A stretch of 34,415 nucleotides of DNA from an uncultured Clostridia bacterium (GTDB lineage Bacteria > Bacillota > Clostridia > Christensenellales > CAG-1252), in assembly GCA_946626795.1 (NCBI GenBank), contig CAMOUZ010000002.1:1-34415 (forward strand), in the 5' to 3' direction. A model generated the notes under the pieces. That model saw nothing but the letters and a program-made list of their open reading frames with translations, was not told where the DNA came from and did no database searches. A program made the translations under genes and the position numbers. Each line of letters opens with the position of its first letter. Within the stretch, counting starts at the first letter, position 1. Positions 7,417-17,744 of the stretch are shown in pieces.

Positions 7417-9252
7417 ATGAAAGATTTTTCGTTCAAGAAGATCCTTGCCTTTGTCAAAAAAAAGAAGCCGATTTTCATCTCGATCGGGATCGTGATCGCC
7501 GTTGCGATCGGGCTCACCATCGCGTCTTCCATCATGGGCAGCAGCAAAGTGGCCGTGAAGAGCGAAGCGTTTAAGTTGGACGAAAAGACGGCGATCGAAG
7601 CGGGCACGGTGTCGGGCGGCGGCAGATATCATAGAGGCGATACCGTCACGGTGAAAGCCACGCCGAATGCGGGCTATAAGTTCGTCGCTTGGACGAATGG
7701 CGATAAGAACAAGACCCAAGCGAGCACGGAGGCGGAATACACCCTCGTCGTGCCCGAAAAAAGCATCACCCTTACGGCGATCTGGGAGCAGGAAAACTAT
7801 GAAGCCACGCTCGTGATCGACAAGGATATCAATGACGTGCAGCACATCCCTTACGTGGTGACGGATCAGACCATCTTCCTCTCCGAGCCGACGAAGACGG
7901 GCTATACTTTCCTCGGCTGGCTTTCCGACGTGGAGCAAGAGGACGGCACGGTCAAGTTGGAGAAAGCGCAGGATTTCGTGGAGCCCTCCGAGGCGAAGGA
8001 CGTCACGCTTTATGCGGATTGGGCGCTTTCTTATAATATCACGTACATTTTGGATGAGGACGTCCGCGCGGCGAATGCGGCGAACCCGAATAACCCCACC
8101 ACCTATACGAGCAGAACGCCCGTTACCCTCGAAGCTCCCGTTTGCTATGAGCAAAAGGACGGCAAGCTCACGGGCGGCTGGTACACCTTCGATCATTGGG
8201 AGATGGACGGACAGGTCGTCACGGAAGTGAATACTTCCCTCAAACCCAACGTTCCGGACACGGACGTCGAAGGAAAGAGCGTCACGCTCGTTGCGAAATG
8301 GAAGGATCTCGACACCGCGGTGTATCACACCGTTTCGGAAGACGGAAAGTATGTGGAGCTCGGACATTATCCCTCCAAGCGGCTCTCCGACCGCAAGATC
8401 CTTGCCGAGCTCAAAGCGGCGATCGAAGACGGATTGGAGCCCGACGAAGTGACGGGATATTATACGTATAAAAATTCCATCTATGTAAAAGCCACGGCGG
8501 ATCTTTATTCCAAGCCTTATGACGATAAGGGCAAGAAGAACGGCGCATATTACCCGCTTTATTTCGAGGACGGCGCGATGATCGACGAAGGGGAGGAGTA
8601 TTTCTTCATCGTTGAGCCCATCAAGTGGAGAGTGCTGAAAGGGGATCCCAATGATCCGAATTCCGAAGTGCTTCTCCTTTCCGAGTCCGTGCTGACGGCG
8701 TGCGCTTTCAAGACGGATAGCACCACGCTTTCTTATCAGGGACAGAATATTTACGGCGGAAATTGGGCGGACAGCGACATCCGCGCTTTCCTGAACGGCG
8801 AGTTTTATAAGACGGCTTTCAAGTCCGGCGAAGCGGGCTTCATACAGACGACCACCGTCGATTACAGCAAAGCAACGATCAATAAAAAGTACAAGAAGAA
8901 GGCTTTCTCGAACGGCGCGACGTGCGAGGATAACGTGTATCTGCTCTCGTATGCGGACCTCACGAACGAGGCGTACGGCTGGTCCAAGAAGAGCAATAAA
9001 GAGGATCTCGGCAGGGTGGGCAAGACCACCGATTATTCCAAGGTGATGGGGGCTTACAGCTGCTTGAATCAAATCAACGAGAAGGATCCCACCACGAAGG
9101 ACGAATATGACTTCACGGCGTGGTGGCTCCGCTCCTCGGCTGACTTCGCGGATCGCGCGTCCGTTGTGACGGGTCCCGGCGCGGTCGGTTCTGTCAGCGT
9201 CGAGTCGAAATTCATCGGCGTCCGTCCCGCGATCACCGTCAAGCTCGGTTGA
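7417..9252 (+). CDS. Membrane-anchored surface protein with InlB-B-type (Listeria-Bacteroides) repeats and a DUF6273-like C-terminal domain
   Basis: The track ORF starts at GTG 7381, but ATG 7417 follows GGAGG (7409-7413). It has an N-terminal TM/signal anchor IFISIGIVIAVAIGLTIASSI. Repeat signatures are GYKFVAWTNGD, GYTFLGWLSD and TFDHWEMDG. The C-terminal motifs IKWRVL, SDIRAFLN, WWLRS and GVRPAITV resemble DUF6273. Confidence 0.8.
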   Translation: MKDFSFKKILAFVKKKKPIFISIGIVIAVAIGLTIASSIMGSSKVAVKSEAFKLDEKTAIEAGTVSGGGRYHRGDTVTVKATPNAGYKFVAWTNGDKNKTQASTEAEYTLVVPEKSITLTAIWEQENYEATLVIDKDINDVQHIPYVVTDQTIFLSEPTKTGYTFLGWLSDVEQEDGTVKLEKAQDFVEPSEAKDVTLYADWALSYNITYILDEDVRAANAANPNNPTTYTSRTPVTLEAPVCYEQKDGKLTGGWYTFDHWEMDGQVVTEVNTSLKPNVPDTDVEGKSVTLVAKWKDLDTAVYHTVSEDGKYVELGHYPSKRLSDRKILAELKAAIEDGLEPDEVTGYYTYKNSIYVKATADLYSKPYDDKGKKNGAYYPLYFEDGAMIDEGEEYFFIVEPIKWRVLKGDPNDPNSEVLLLSESVLTACAFKTDSTTLSYQGQNIYGGNWADSDIRAFLNGEFYKTAFKSGEAGFIQTTTVDYSKATINKKYKKKAFSNGATCEDNVYLLSYADLTNEAYGWSKKSNKEDLGRVGKTTDYSKVMGAYSCLNQINEKDPTTKDEYDFTAWWLRSSADFADRASVVTGPGAVGSVSVESKFIGVRPAITVKLG

Positions 9253-9283
9253 TCTCGGCGCATCTCGTATCGGAGGAAAAGAA

Positions 9284-10012
9284 ATGGCAACGTATGTTTT
9301 ACTTGTGATAGGTTTGATATTTTTGACGATTTTCCTGATCTTTCGCACGAAGGAAGGTGGCATCCTTCCCGCTGCGTTGAAGACGATCACGAGCCTGCTT
9401 TTCGTGGGAACGGCGGTCGCCGCCATCCTCGGGAATTACACCTTGACGGGGACCTTGAATGCGGATAAACTTCTCTTTATGGGGCTTATCGTGATGGGGC
9501 TCGTCTGTGGGCTCATCGGCGACCTCACGCTGGATCTCAAAATCACCTATCATGACAGCAACCTCCGCCACAGCGATCTTTATACTTATTTCGGCATGGC
9601 GGCTTTCGGCGCGGGACATCTCTTTTATATCTTCGCGGTGGCGCTTTATTTCGGTTTTTCCCCTTGGACGCTCCTCATTGCGGCGGTCGTGACGGCGCTG
9701 ATCTTCTGCGTGAGCATCTTCGTCATGAAGATGTCCTTCGGGAAGTTCTTCCTCCCGAGCGTGTTTTATGCTTTCTTGCTGACGCTTTTCCTCTCCGCGA
9801 CGGTCGCGGCGGGGATCCTTGCGGGCTTCTCTCTGACCGTGGTCTTGCTCATCATCGGCGCGGGGCTCTTCCTCCTCTCCGACCTTGTGCTTTCGATGAT
9901 CTATTTCGACGGGAACGAGGCGAGATTTATGATCATCGTGAATCACGTCCTCTACTACGCGGCGCAGTTCCTCATCGCGCTCAGCATTTTCTATCTGGCG
10001 GTCACTTTATAA
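9284..10012 (+). CDS. YhhN-family (lysoplasmalogenase-like) integral membrane protein
   Basis: 242 aa, hydrophobic throughout with about 7-8 helices. It has GLIGDLTLDL and LFLLSDLVLS motifs in positions typical of YhhN/TMEM86. GGAGG RBS upstream. Confidence 0.7.
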   Translation: MATYVLLVIGLIFLTIFLIFRTKEGGILPAALKTITSLLFVGTAVAAILGNYTLTGTLNADKLLFMGLIVMGLVCGLIGDLTLDLKITYHDSNLRHSDLYTYFGMAAFGAGHLFYIFAVALYFGFSPWTLLIAAVVTALIFCVSIFVMKMSFGKFFLPSVFYAFLLTLFLSATVAAGILAGFSLTVVLLIIGAGLFLLSDLVLSMIYFDGNEARFMIIVNHVLYYAAQFLIALSIFYLAVTL

Positions 10013-10051
10013 GACGAATTCTTTTCGGCACAAAATAATTTTGCGCAAAAA

Positions 10052-10081
10052 GCGGACCGCGGAAAAGCGATCCGCTTTTTA
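10052..10081 (+). terminator. Rho-independent terminator after the YhhN gene
   Basis: Stem GCGGACCGC / GCGATCCGC (9 bp, one mismatch), loop GGAAAA, then TTTTTA. Confidence 0.7.
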
Positions 10082-10227
10082 TATAGGCGCGCTTTTCGAC
10101 GCCAAGAAGGGCTTTCCTCATAGTGTCATTTTCGGGAGGGAGAGCACTATATATAGTAGCGAAATGCGAAAAAGTGCTTAAATTAACCATTCTTAATCAA
10201 AATTAACAAAACTTAATAATATTGAAT

Positions 10228-10256
10228 TTGACAAGATTTTGCCTATTTTATATAAT
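10228..10256 (+). promoter_or_regulatory. Consensus sigma-A promoter of the S10 operon
   Basis: Perfect TTGACA (10228-10233), 17 nt spacer, TATAAT (10251-10256). It is preceded by an A/T-rich UP-like tract at 10170-10227. Confidence 0.8.
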
Positions 10257-10462
10257 AAACAAGCATTGCCTACGGTATGCTCTTTAACGGATGATGCGCG
10301 AAGTTACCCAATCCGGGGATAATTCGTGCGGACCAGCCCGACAAAAGCGGGCGCTAACTCGTAAATGGCGGCAGGAGAATCCTGCCTTATATTTAGAGGG
10401 AGCATGAAACACACGGCAGCGCGGAGTAAATTGAGTTAGGAATAACAGGAGGAAGTAAAAAA
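10257..10462 (+). promoter_or_regulatory. About 200 nt structured 5' leader of the S10 operon (candidate r-protein autoregulatory leader/attenuator)
   Basis: The untranslated stretch between promoter and rpsJ is long. Hairpins are GCCCG-7 nt-CGGGC (10336-10352) and GGCAGGA-GAA-TCCTGCC (10370-10386), the latter followed by TTATATTT. Confidence 0.4.
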
Positions 10463-10771
10463 ATGGCAGGACAAACTATCAGAATCAAACTTAAATCGTA
10501 TGATCATGAGCTCGTGGACAGCGTCGCCACCAAGATCGTGGACGTTATCACGAAGAACGGCGCGAAGATCTCGGGGCCGATCCCCCTTCCCACCGAGCGT
10601 GAGATCGTGACGATCCTTCGCGCTACGCATAAATATAAGGATTCGCGCGAGCAGTTTGAGATGAGGACGCACAAGCGTCTTATAGATATTTATAATCCTT
10701 CCGCAAAGGTCGTTCAGTGCCTCATGAGCGTGGACGTGCCCGCCGGTGTGGATATAAAGATCAAGCTTTAA
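10463..10771 (+). CDS. rpsJ: 30S ribosomal protein S10
   Basis: 102 aa, [19 protein letters not shown]... is canonical S10. AGGAGG RBS. Confidence 0.97.
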   Translation: MAGQTIRIKLKSYDHELVDSVATKIVDVITKNGAKISGPIPLPTEREIVTILRATHKYKDSREQFEMRTHKRLIDIYNPSAKVVQCLMSVDVPAGVDIKIKL

Positions 10772-10803
10772 TTTCGTATATTTTTTGGAGGTGAACTTTA
10801 TCT

Positions 10804-11436
10804 ATGAATAAAGCAATCGTCGGAAAGAAACTTGGTATGAGCCAAGTATTTGCACAGGATGGGCAAGTGATCCCCGTGACGGTGATCGAAGCAGGCCCAT
10901 GTCCCGTCGTGCATATCAAGACAATGGAAAAAGACGGCTATGAGGCCCTTCAGGTCGCGTTCTGCGAGACCACGAAGAAGCTGAATAAGCCGCAGGCGGG
11001 CGTGTTCGCGAAGGCGCAAGTCCCCGCTTCCCGTTACCTGAAAGAGCTCAAGCTCGATATCAATGGCGCGGAAGTCGGCAAGACGGTGCTGACCGTGGCG
11101 CAGTTCGCAGAGGGTGACAAAGTGGACGTCAGCGGCGTTTCCAAAGGTCATGGTTTCTCGGGCGTTATCAAGAGATGGAACGCGCAGCGCGTCGGCTCCA
11201 TGTCCCACGGTACCGGTCCGATCCATCGTTCGGTGGGTTCCATGGCGGCAAACTCCGACCCGAGCAGAGTGTTTAAGAATAAGCACATGGCAGGTCAGTA
11301 CGGTCACGAGAACGTCACCGTGCAGAATCTCGAAGTGGTGAAAGTGGATGCCGAGAAGAATCTCATCCTCGTGAAGGGCGGCGTGCCCGGTCCGAAGGGC
11401 GGTCTTCTGATCCTCAGAGATTCCGTGAAGGCATAA
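10804..11436 (+). CDS. rplC: 50S ribosomal protein L3
   Basis: 210 aa, ...[10 protein letters not shown]...[12 protein letters not shown]... are canonical L3 motifs. Position in the S10 operon fits. Confidence 0.97.
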   Translation: MNKAIVGKKLGMSQVFAQDGQVIPVTVIEAGPCPVVHIKTMEKDGYEALQVAFCETTKKLNKPQAGVFAKAQVPASRYLKELKLDINGAEVGKTVLTVAQFAEGDKVDVSGVSKGHGFSGVIKRWNAQRVGSMSHGTGPIHRSVGSMAANSDPSRVFKNKHMAGQYGHENVTVQNLEVVKVDAEKNLILVKGGVPGPKGGLLILRDSVKA

Positions 11437-11449
11437 GGAGAGAAAGACT

Positions 11450-12076
11450 ATGTTGGTGAAGATTTATAACAAAGAAGCAAAGGAAATAGACAGCATTGAG
11501 CTCTCTGATGCGGTCTTTGCACAAGACTATAACGAAGCGATCATCCATCAGTGCGTCGTCGCACAGATGAATAATATGCGCCAAGGCACGAAGAGCACGC
11601 TCACCCGCACGGAAGTGAAGGGCGGCGGCAGGAAGCCTTGGAGACAGAAGGGCACCGGTAATGCAAGACAGGGCAGCACCCGCGCTCCGCAGTGGATCAA
11701 AGGCGGCGTGGTGTTCGCGCCGAAGCCCCGCGACTTCTCTCAGAAGGTCAATAAGACCATGAAGAGAGAGGCCTTGAAGAGCGCTCTTTCCTATAAGTTC
11801 GCGAATGCGGAAGCCATTGTGGTGGATTCCCTCGCCTTGGAAGAAGCGAAGACCAAGAAGATGGCGGCTGTCCTCGGTAATTTCGATATGGAGAAGAGCA
11901 TCTTGGTGGTGCTCGGAGATCATGACGAGAACGCTGTTATCGCAGCGCGTAATCTCCCGGGCGTGACCACCATTCATGCGGATCTCATCAATGTTCTCGA
12001 CGTTGTGGCGAATGCAAAGTGCCTCTTCACGAAAGAAGCCGTGCTCGCGATCGAGAAGAAGTACGTAGAGGCGTAG
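11450..12076 (+). CDS. rplD: 50S ribosomal protein L4
   Basis: 208 aa, ...[33 protein letters not shown]... is the L4 signature. Confidence 0.97.
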   Translation: MLVKIYNKEAKEIDSIELSDAVFAQDYNEAIIHQCVVAQMNNMRQGTKSTLTRTEVKGGGRKPWRQKGTGNARQGSTRAPQWIKGGVVFAPKPRDFSQKVNKTMKREALKSALSYKFANAEAIVVDSLALEEAKTKKMAAVLGNFDMEKSILVVLGDHDENAVIAARNLPGVTTIHADLINVLDVVANAKCLFTKEAVLAIEKKYVEA

Positions 12077-12087
12077 GAGGTAAAGGT

Positions 12088-12378
12088 ATGAATAGTTTTG
12101 ATATTATAATTAAACCTATACTGTCCGAGAAGAGCTTCAGCGGCATCCAAATGAAGAGATATACCTTCAAAGTGGCAAAGAACGCGACGAAGGTGGATAT
12201 CAAGAGAGCGGTTGAAGAAGTGTTCGGCGTGGAGGTGGCGAAAGTCAATACCGTAAACGTGCAAGGCAAGGTGAAGAGACGCGGCGCGACGTCCGGCAAG
12301 AGGCCCGACTATAAGAAAGCGATCGTCCAGCTCACCGAGAGCAGCAAGAGCATCGAGTTCTTCGACAGTTTGACGTAA
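12088..12378 (+). CDS. rplW: 50S ribosomal protein L23
   Basis: The track ORF 12019 is over-extended. ATG 12088 follows GGAGG (12076-12080). [16 protein letters not shown]... is the canonical L23 start. Confidence 0.95.
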   Translation: MNSFDIIIKPILSEKSFSGIQMKRYTFKVAKNATKVDIKRAVEEVFGVEVAKVNTVNVQGKVKRRGATSGKRPDYKKAIVQLTESSKSIEFFDSLT

Positions 12379-12393
12379 TAGGAGGGCGGAAAG

Positions 12394-13224
12394 ATGGCTA
12401 TTAAGAGATATAATCCCACTACTGCGGGTCGCCGTGGAATGAGCGTTTCGACGTTCGAAGAGCTCCAAGGCGTGCAAGCCCCCGAGAAGTCCCTGCTTGA
12501 GCTCAAGAAGAAGAGCGGCGGCAGAAACGCGACGGGTAAGATCACGGTCAGACACATCGGCGGTGGCAATAGGCAAAAATACAGAATCATCGATTTCAAG
12601 AGAAATAAGGATAACGTGCCCGCGAAGGTGGTCGGCATTCAGTACGATCCGAATCGCACGGTGAATATCGCGCTCTTGCAATACGAAGACGGCGAGAAGA
12701 GATACATCCTCGCGCCGGACGGCCTCAAAGTGGGCGACGTCGTGGTGAGCGGCGCGGAAGTGGATATCAAGCTCGGCAACTGCTTGCCCTTGTCCTCCAT
12801 CCCCGTCGGTACCTTCATCCATAACATCGAGATGCACGTGGGCCGCGGCGGCGTGATCGCTCGTTCGGCGGGCATCAGCGCGCAGCTCATGGCGAAAGAG
12901 AATAAAGGCGCGATCATCAAGATGCCCAGCGGCGAGATGAGATACGTCCCCCTCAATTGCCGTGCGACGATCGGCGAGCTCGGGAATAAAGACAACGAGA
13001 TCGTCTCCCTCGGTAAAGCGGGCAGAAAGAGACATATGGGCACCCGCCCGACCGTCCGTGGTGTGGTCATGAACCCCTGCGATCACCCGCACGGTGGTGG
13101 TGAAGGTAAGAGCCCGGTCGGTATGGCGAGTCCTGTTACTCCTTGGGGTAAGCCGGCGCTCGGTTACAAGACCCGCAAGAAGAAGAACGCATCGAACAAG
13201 TTCATCATTAAGCGCGTGAACTAA
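12394..13224 (+). CDS. rplB: 50S ribosomal protein L2
   Basis: 276 aa, [14 protein letters not shown]...GGGEGKSP... Confidence 0.97.
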   Translation: MAIKRYNPTTAGRRGMSVSTFEELQGVQAPEKSLLELKKKSGGRNATGKITVRHIGGGNRQKYRIIDFKRNKDNVPAKVVGIQYDPNRTVNIALLQYEDGEKRYILAPDGLKVGDVVVSGAEVDIKLGNCLPLSSIPVGTFIHNIEMHVGRGGVIARSAGISAQLMAKENKGAIIKMPSGEMRYVPLNCRATIGELGNKDNEIVSLGKAGRKRHMGTRPTVRGVVMNPCDHPHGGGEGKSPVGMASPVTPWGKPALGYKTRKKKNASNKFIIKRVN

Positions 13225-13235
13225 GGGAGGGAGCA

Positions 13236-13514
13236 ATGAGCAGATCTGTTAAGAAAGGACCTTACGTAGAAGAAAGGTTATTGAAAAGAATACAAGCCAT
13301 GAACGACGCGAACGAGAAGAAGGCGATCAAGACTTGGTCGAGAGCGAGCACGATCTTCCCGGACATGATCGGACATACGATCGCCGTTCATGACGGCAGA
13401 AAGCACGTACCCGTGTATATCACGGAAGATATGGTAGGATGCAAGCTCGGCGAGTTTGTCCCCACCAGAACGTTTAAGGGACACCCCGGCAGCAAGAGCG
13501 CTGCTTCGAAATAG
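13236..13514 (+). CDS. rpsS: 30S ribosomal protein S19
   Basis: 92 aa, [11 protein letters not shown]...[23 protein letters not shown]... Confidence 0.97.
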   Translation: MSRSVKKGPYVEERLLKRIQAMNDANEKKAIKTWSRASTIFPDMIGHTIAVHDGRKHVPVYITEDMVGCKLGEFVPTRTFKGHPGSKSAASK

Positions 13515-13522
13515 GAGGACTT

Positions 13523-13912
13523 ATGGCTAAGCGCATTAGAGAGAAGAGCAAAGCTCGCAAGGAAAACGCGGATAAGCGCCCCATGGCGACCGCGAAGTAC
13601 ATCAGGATATCTCCCTTCAAAGTCCGTATCGTCCTCGACATCATTCGCGGCAAGAGCTATACCGACGCCGCGGCTATTCTGAAAAACACGAATAAGTCCG
13701 CCGCGCCCGTGGTGTTGAAGGTGCTTGATTCCGCTGCGGCGAATGCAGAGCACAGAGACAATATCAGCAAGAGCGACCTGTTCGTGGCGGAAGCCTTCGC
13801 GGATCAGGGCCCGACGCTCAAGAGGATCATGCCCCGCGCAAAAGGTCGCGCATATCGCATCTTGAAACGTACGAGCCACATCACCGTGATACTCGACAGC
13901 TCGAATAAGTAG
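13523..13912 (+). CDS. rplV: 50S ribosomal protein L22 (with about 18 aa basic N-terminal extension)
   Basis: 129 aa. The core ...[21 protein letters not shown]... is canonical L22. It is preceded by [21 protein letters not shown]. Confidence 0.95.
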   Translation: MAKRIREKSKARKENADKRPMATAKYIRISPFKVRIVLDIIRGKSYTDAAAILKNTNKSAAPVVLKVLDSAAANAEHRDNISKSDLFVAEAFADQGPTLKRIMPRAKGRAYRILKRTSHITVILDSSNK

Positions 13913-13922
13913 GAGGTAGACG

Positions 13923-14681
13923 ATGGGACAGAAAGTAAATCCTAACGGACTCAGAATAGGAATTATCAAAGATTGGGAAGCCCAATGGTTCGCCGGCAAG
14001 AAGGATTTCGGCAGCTACCTTTTGGAGGACAACCAGATCAGACACTTCATCAAAGACGTTTATAAGCCCGAGCTTAAAGCGACGTCCGAAGAGCCTGTGG
14101 CGCAGGAAGGCGAGAAGTTCCCCAAGAAATTGGACGACAGACCCCGCATTTCGCGCGTCGACATCGAGAGATGCGACAAGTACCTTAAAGTGAAAGTCTT
14201 CACCGCTCGTCCGGGTCTCCTCATCGGAGCGAAGGGCGTCGGCACCGAGAAAATCCGTGCCGCTGTGGTCAAGATCGCGAAGAAGAACGGACACAATTAC
14301 GGCGCGGTGCTCATCGAGTTCATCCCTGTGAAAGTGGCGGACGCGGACGCGCAGCTCGTGGCGGAAGACATCGCGAATCAGCTCGAAAAGAGAGTGAGCT
14401 TCCGCAGAGCGATGAAGCTTGCGATGTCCAGAGCGAATAAAGCCGGTGTGAAGGGTATCAAGACCATGGTTTCCGGCAGATTGGACGGCGCGGAGATCGC
14501 GCGTACCGAGCAATATCATGAGGGATCCATCCCCCTCCAAACCTTGCGCGCCGATATCGATTACGGTTTCGCAGAGGCGCACACCACGTACGGACGTATC
14601 GGTGTGAAAGTGTGGATCTACAAGGGCGAAGTGCTTGTGAAGAAAGCGCAACCCGCCCAAACGGAAGGAGGTGAAGCGTAA
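13923..14681 (+). CDS. rpsC: 30S ribosomal protein S3 (with an internal insertion)
   Basis: 252 aa, [23 protein letters not shown]... An extra segment of about 25-30 aa, [28 protein letters not shown], precedes ISRVDIER. Confidence 0.95.
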   Translation: MGQKVNPNGLRIGIIKDWEAQWFAGKKDFGSYLLEDNQIRHFIKDVYKPELKATSEEPVAQEGEKFPKKLDDRPRISRVDIERCDKYLKVKVFTARPGLLIGAKGVGTEKIRAAVVKIAKKNGHNYGAVLIEFIPVKVADADAQLVAEDIANQLEKRVSFRRAMKLAMSRANKAGVKGIKTMVSGRLDGAEIARTEQYHEGSIPLQTLRADIDYGFAEAHTTYGRIGVKVWIYKGEVLVKKAQPAQTEGGEA

Positions 14682-15118
14682 TGTTAATGCCGAAAAGGGT
14701 CAAGCGTAGAAAGGTTTCTCGCGGCCGCATGAAAGGAAAAGCAAATAAAGGCAACAAGATCGCTTACGGCGAGATCGCTTTGGTGGCGGAAGAATGCGGA
14801 TGGGTCACTTCGAATCAAATCGAAGCCGCTCGTGTCGCAATGACGCGTTTCACCAAGAGAGGCGGACAAGTGTGGATCGACATCTTCCCCCACAAGCCCG
14901 TCACGAAGAAGCCTGCCGAGACTCGCATGGGTAGCGGTAAGGGATCCCCGGAATATTGGGTAGCCGTGGTCAAACCCGGCAGAGTTATGTTCGAGATGGC
15001 AGGCATCGACCTCACCATCGCGAAGGAAGCGTTGAGGCTTGCCTCGCACAAATTACCCGTGAAGTCTAAAATCGTTGTGAAGGAGACACCCGTAGCAACG
15101 GAAGGCGGTGAAGAATAA
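14681..15118 (+). CDS. rplP: 50S ribosomal protein L16
   Basis: 145 aa, [11 protein letters not shown]... 1 nt overlap with the rpsC stop. Confidence 0.97.
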   Translation: MLMPKRVKRRKVSRGRMKGKANKGNKIAYGEIALVAEECGWVTSNQIEAARVAMTRFTKRGGQVWIDIFPHKPVTKKPAETRMGSGKGSPEYWVAVVKPGRVMFEMAGIDLTIAKEALRLASHKLPVKSKIVVKETPVATEGGEE

Positions 15119-15333
15119 TGAAAGCCAAGAAGTATAATGAAATGAGCACGAGCGAGCTCGACAAAGAGCTTGCGAAGTTGAAGTCGCAGCTTTTCAACCT
15201 CCGTTTTCAGCACGCCGCAGGGCAGCTCACCAATAACAGTGCGTTGAAGAATTGCAAGCGCGATATCGCAAGAGTGAATACCATACTTCGTCAAAGAGAG
15301 TTGAAACTCCTGGATGAAGCTTCGGCGAAGTAG
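15118..15333 (+). CDS. rpmC: 50S ribosomal protein L29
   Basis: 71 aa, ...ELDKELAKLKSQLFNLRFQHAAGQL... Confidence 0.95.
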   Translation: MKAKKYNEMSTSELDKELAKLKSQLFNLRFQHAAGQLTNNSALKNCKRDIARVNTILRQRELKLLDEASAK

Positions 15334-15345
15334 GGAGGAAAGTAA

Positions 15346-15612
15346 ATGGAAAACGCAATTGAAAGAAATTTGAGAAAGAGCAGGGTCGGCATCGTCGTCA
15401 GCGACAAGATGGAGAAGACCATCGTCGTCGCCGTCGAAGTGAAGTATAAGCACCCTCTCTATAAGAAGACCGTACGTATCACCAATAAGTACAAGGTGCA
15501 TGACGAAGAGAATGCAGCGCATATCGGCGATACCGTTGAGATCGTCGAGACCCGTCCTCTGAGCAAAGAGAAGCGTTGGAGACTCGTCGAGATCATCAGC
15601 AGAGCGAAGTAA
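15346..15612 (+). CDS. rpsQ: 30S ribosomal protein S17
   Basis: 88 aa, ...[17 protein letters not shown]...[27 protein letters not shown]... Confidence 0.96.
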   Translation: MENAIERNLRKSRVGIVVSDKMEKTIVVAVEVKYKHPLYKKTVRITNKYKVHDEENAAHIGDTVEIVETRPLSKEKRWRLVEIISRAK

Positions 15613-15625
15613 GGAGGCGAGAACT

Positions 15626-15994
15626 ATGATACAACCACAAAGCAGATTGGTCGTCGCGGATAACACCGGCGCCAAAGAAATCATGTGTATCAAGGTGCTT
15701 GGCGGCTCTTTCCGCAAGTTCGGAAATATCGGCGACGTGATCGTGGCTTCCGTCAAGACGGCGACCCCCGGCGGCACCGTGAAGAAGGGAGACGTTGTGA
15801 AAGCGGTCATCGTTCGTTCGGTGCGCGGCATCGGCAGAAAGGACGGCTCCCACCTTCGTTTCGACGAGAATGCGGCCGTCATTATCGACAACCAGAAGCA
15901 GCCCCGCGGCACCCGTATCTTTGGGCCCATCGCGAGGGAATTGAGAGATAAAGATTATATGAAGATCATCTCTCTTGCTCCCGAAGTGCTGTAA
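15626..15994 (+). CDS. rplN: 50S ribosomal protein L14
   Basis: 122 aa, [28 protein letters not shown]... Confidence 0.97.
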   Translation: MIQPQSRLVVADNTGAKEIMCIKVLGGSFRKFGNIGDVIVASVKTATPGGTVKKGDVVKAVIVRSVRGIGRKDGSHLRFDENAAVIIDNQKQPRGTRIFGPIARELRDKDYMKIISLAPEVL

Positions 15995-16007
15995 GGAGGA
16001 CGACATT

Positions 16008-16526
16008 ATGGAAATTAAGAAAGGCGACAATGTAGTCGTGATCTCCGGCGAGGAGAAGGGCAAGAAAGCCTCCGTCATCAAGACCTATCCCGACAAGCAC
16101 AGAGTCGTGCTCGAAGGGGTCAACATGGTGACCAAGCACGTGAAAGCGCGCAGCGCGAATCAGCCGGGCGGCAAGGTGGAGCAGCCCGCTCCTATCGACG
16201 TCTCGAACGTCATGCTCGTTTGCCCCGTCTGCGGACAGCCCACGAGGGTTGCGCATGCCAAGGCGGACGGCAAGAACGTCAGAACCTGCAAGAAATGCGG
16301 CGCCGTGATCGACGTGAAGGCGGCTCCGAAGAAGGCTACCGCGAAGAAGACGAGAAAGTCCGTGAAGAAATCCACGGAGGAAGAAGCGCTTCCTCAGACC
16401 GAGGAAGCTGTCGTCGAGGCGCCCGTGACCGAGGAAGCTCCCAAGGCGAAGAAGGCCACGAGAAAGACCGCGACGAAGAAAGCGGCGGCTCCCGCAGCGG
16501 ACGCAACGGAAACGGAGGTAAAGTAA
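16008..16526 (+). CDS. rplX: 50S ribosomal protein L24 with CxxC...CxxC knuckle and about 65-70 aa K/A/E/T-rich C-terminal tail
   Basis: The track ORF 15975 is over-extended. ATG 16008 follows AAGGAGG (15993-15999). The KOW core is [29 protein letters not shown]...CKKCG is then followed by [21 protein letters not shown]...[20 protein letters not shown]. Confidence 0.9.
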   Translation: MEIKKGDNVVVISGEEKGKKASVIKTYPDKHRVVLEGVNMVTKHVKARSANQPGGKVEQPAPIDVSNVMLVCPVCGQPTRVAHAKADGKNVRTCKKCGAVIDVKAAPKKATAKKTRKSVKKSTEEEALPQTEEAVVEAPVTEEAPKAKKATRKTATKKAAAPAADATETEVK

Positions 16527-16527
16527 A

Positions 16528-17118
16528 GTGGCAGAGAAGAAGAATGCAGCTGCGACCGCAGCTGATACCAAAAGAGTATACAGATTGAAGGATTATTACG
16601 TCGAGACTGTGGTTCCCGCTCTTATGAGCAAGTTCAACTATACGAACGTGAACGAAGTGCCCAAGCTCGAGAAGATCGTCCTTAATATGGGTCTCGGCGA
16701 CGATAAGGATAATAGCAAGAGCTTTCAGATCGCCGTTGAAGAGATGAGACTGATCAGCGGACAGAAGCCCGTTGTCACCAAGGCGAAGAAGAGCGTTGCG
16801 AACTTCAAAGTCAGAGAAGGTCAGAATATCGGCGTTAAGGTCACCCTCCGCGCCGGCAAGATGTATGACTTCCTCGACAAGCTCATCAGCATCGTGCTCC
16901 CCCGCGTGAGAGACTTCAAGGGCGTGTCCACGAAGTCCTTCGACGGAAGAGGAAACTATGCGATGGGTCTGAGAGAGCAGCTCATCTTCCCGGAGATCTC
17001 CTATGATCAAGTGGAGAAGACGAGAGGTCTCGATATCTGCGTGGTCACCACGGCAAAGACGGACGAGGAGGCAAAGGAGCTCTTGGCGATGCTCGGCATG
17101 CCTTTTGCTCGTAACTAA
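16528..17118 (+). CDS. rplE: 50S ribosomal protein L5 (GTG start, about 15 aa N-terminal extension)
   Basis: 196 aa. GTG 16528 lies 8 nt after GGAGG. The core is ...[37 protein letters not shown]... Confidence 0.93.
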   Translation: MAEKKNAAATAADTKRVYRLKDYYVETVVPALMSKFNYTNVNEVPKLEKIVLNMGLGDDKDNSKSFQIAVEEMRLISGQKPVVTKAKKSVANFKVREGQNIGVKVTLRAGKMYDFLDKLISIVLPRVRDFKGVSTKSFDGRGNYAMGLREQLIFPEISYDQVEKTRGLDICVVTTAKTDEEAKELLAMLGMPFARN

Positions 17119-17132
17119 CGGAGGTAAATAAG

Positions 17133-17318
17133 ATGGCTAGAACAGCGCTTAAAAACAAGCAGAAATTGACCCCGAAGTTCTCCACTCGTGCGTACACGAG
17201 GTGCAGCATTTGCGGAAGACCCCACTCCGTCTTGAAAAAGTACGGCATTTGCAGGGTTTGTTTCAGAGAGCTCGCTTACAAAGGGCAGATCCCCGGCGTC
17301 AAGAAGTCAAGTTGGTAA
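17133..17318 (+). CDS. rpsN: 30S ribosomal protein S14, short zinc-binding type Z
   Basis: 61 aa, ...[38 protein letters not shown]. Confidence 0.96.
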   Translation: MARTALKNKQKLTPKFSTRAYTRCSICGRPHSVLKKYGICRVCFRELAYKGQIPGVKKSSW

Positions 17319-17335
17319 TTAAGGAGGATATAGAT

Positions 17336-17731
17336 ATGGTAGTGACCGATCCTATTGCGGATATGCTCACGAGGATAAGGAACGCCCTTACCGCGAAGCA
17401 TTCCGACGTCAAGATCCCCACTTCGAAAGTGAAGACCGCGATCGCGGAGATCCTTTTGGAAGAGGGCTACATTGAGGCCGTCGAGAAAGTCGAAGACGGC
17501 GTGAACAGTTATATGAACATTACTTTGAAGTATGGCGCGGGCAGGAGCGTTATCAATGGTTTGAAGCGCGTCAGCAAGCCGGGCCTCAGAGTGTACGCGA
17601 ATTGCGAAGATCTTCCCAAGGTTTTGAATGGTCTCGGCATCGCGATCATCTCCACTTCGAAGGGTATTATGACGGATAAGAAGGCTCGCATCGCGAATGT
17701 CGGCGGCGAAGTCATGGCGTACGTCTGGTAA
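17336..17731 (+). CDS. rpsH: 30S ribosomal protein S8
   Basis: The track ORF 17201 is over-extended. ATG 17336 follows AAGGAGG (17321-17327). [17 protein letters not shown]... is the canonical S8 start. Confidence 0.96.
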   Translation: MVVTDPIADMLTRIRNALTAKHSDVKIPTSKVKTAIAEILLEEGYIEAVEKVEDGVNSYMNITLKYGAGRSVINGLKRVSKPGLRVYANCEDLPKVLNGLGIAIISTSKGIMTDKKARIANVGGEVMAYVW

Positions 17732-17744
17732 GGGAGGTAGAAAG

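Noticed and set aside
10002-10190. 62 aa minus-strand ORF in the spacer between the YhhN gene and the S10 promoter.
   Set aside because: It overlaps the YhhN terminator hairpin and the gene's 3' end, has no RBS and has no recognisable motif.
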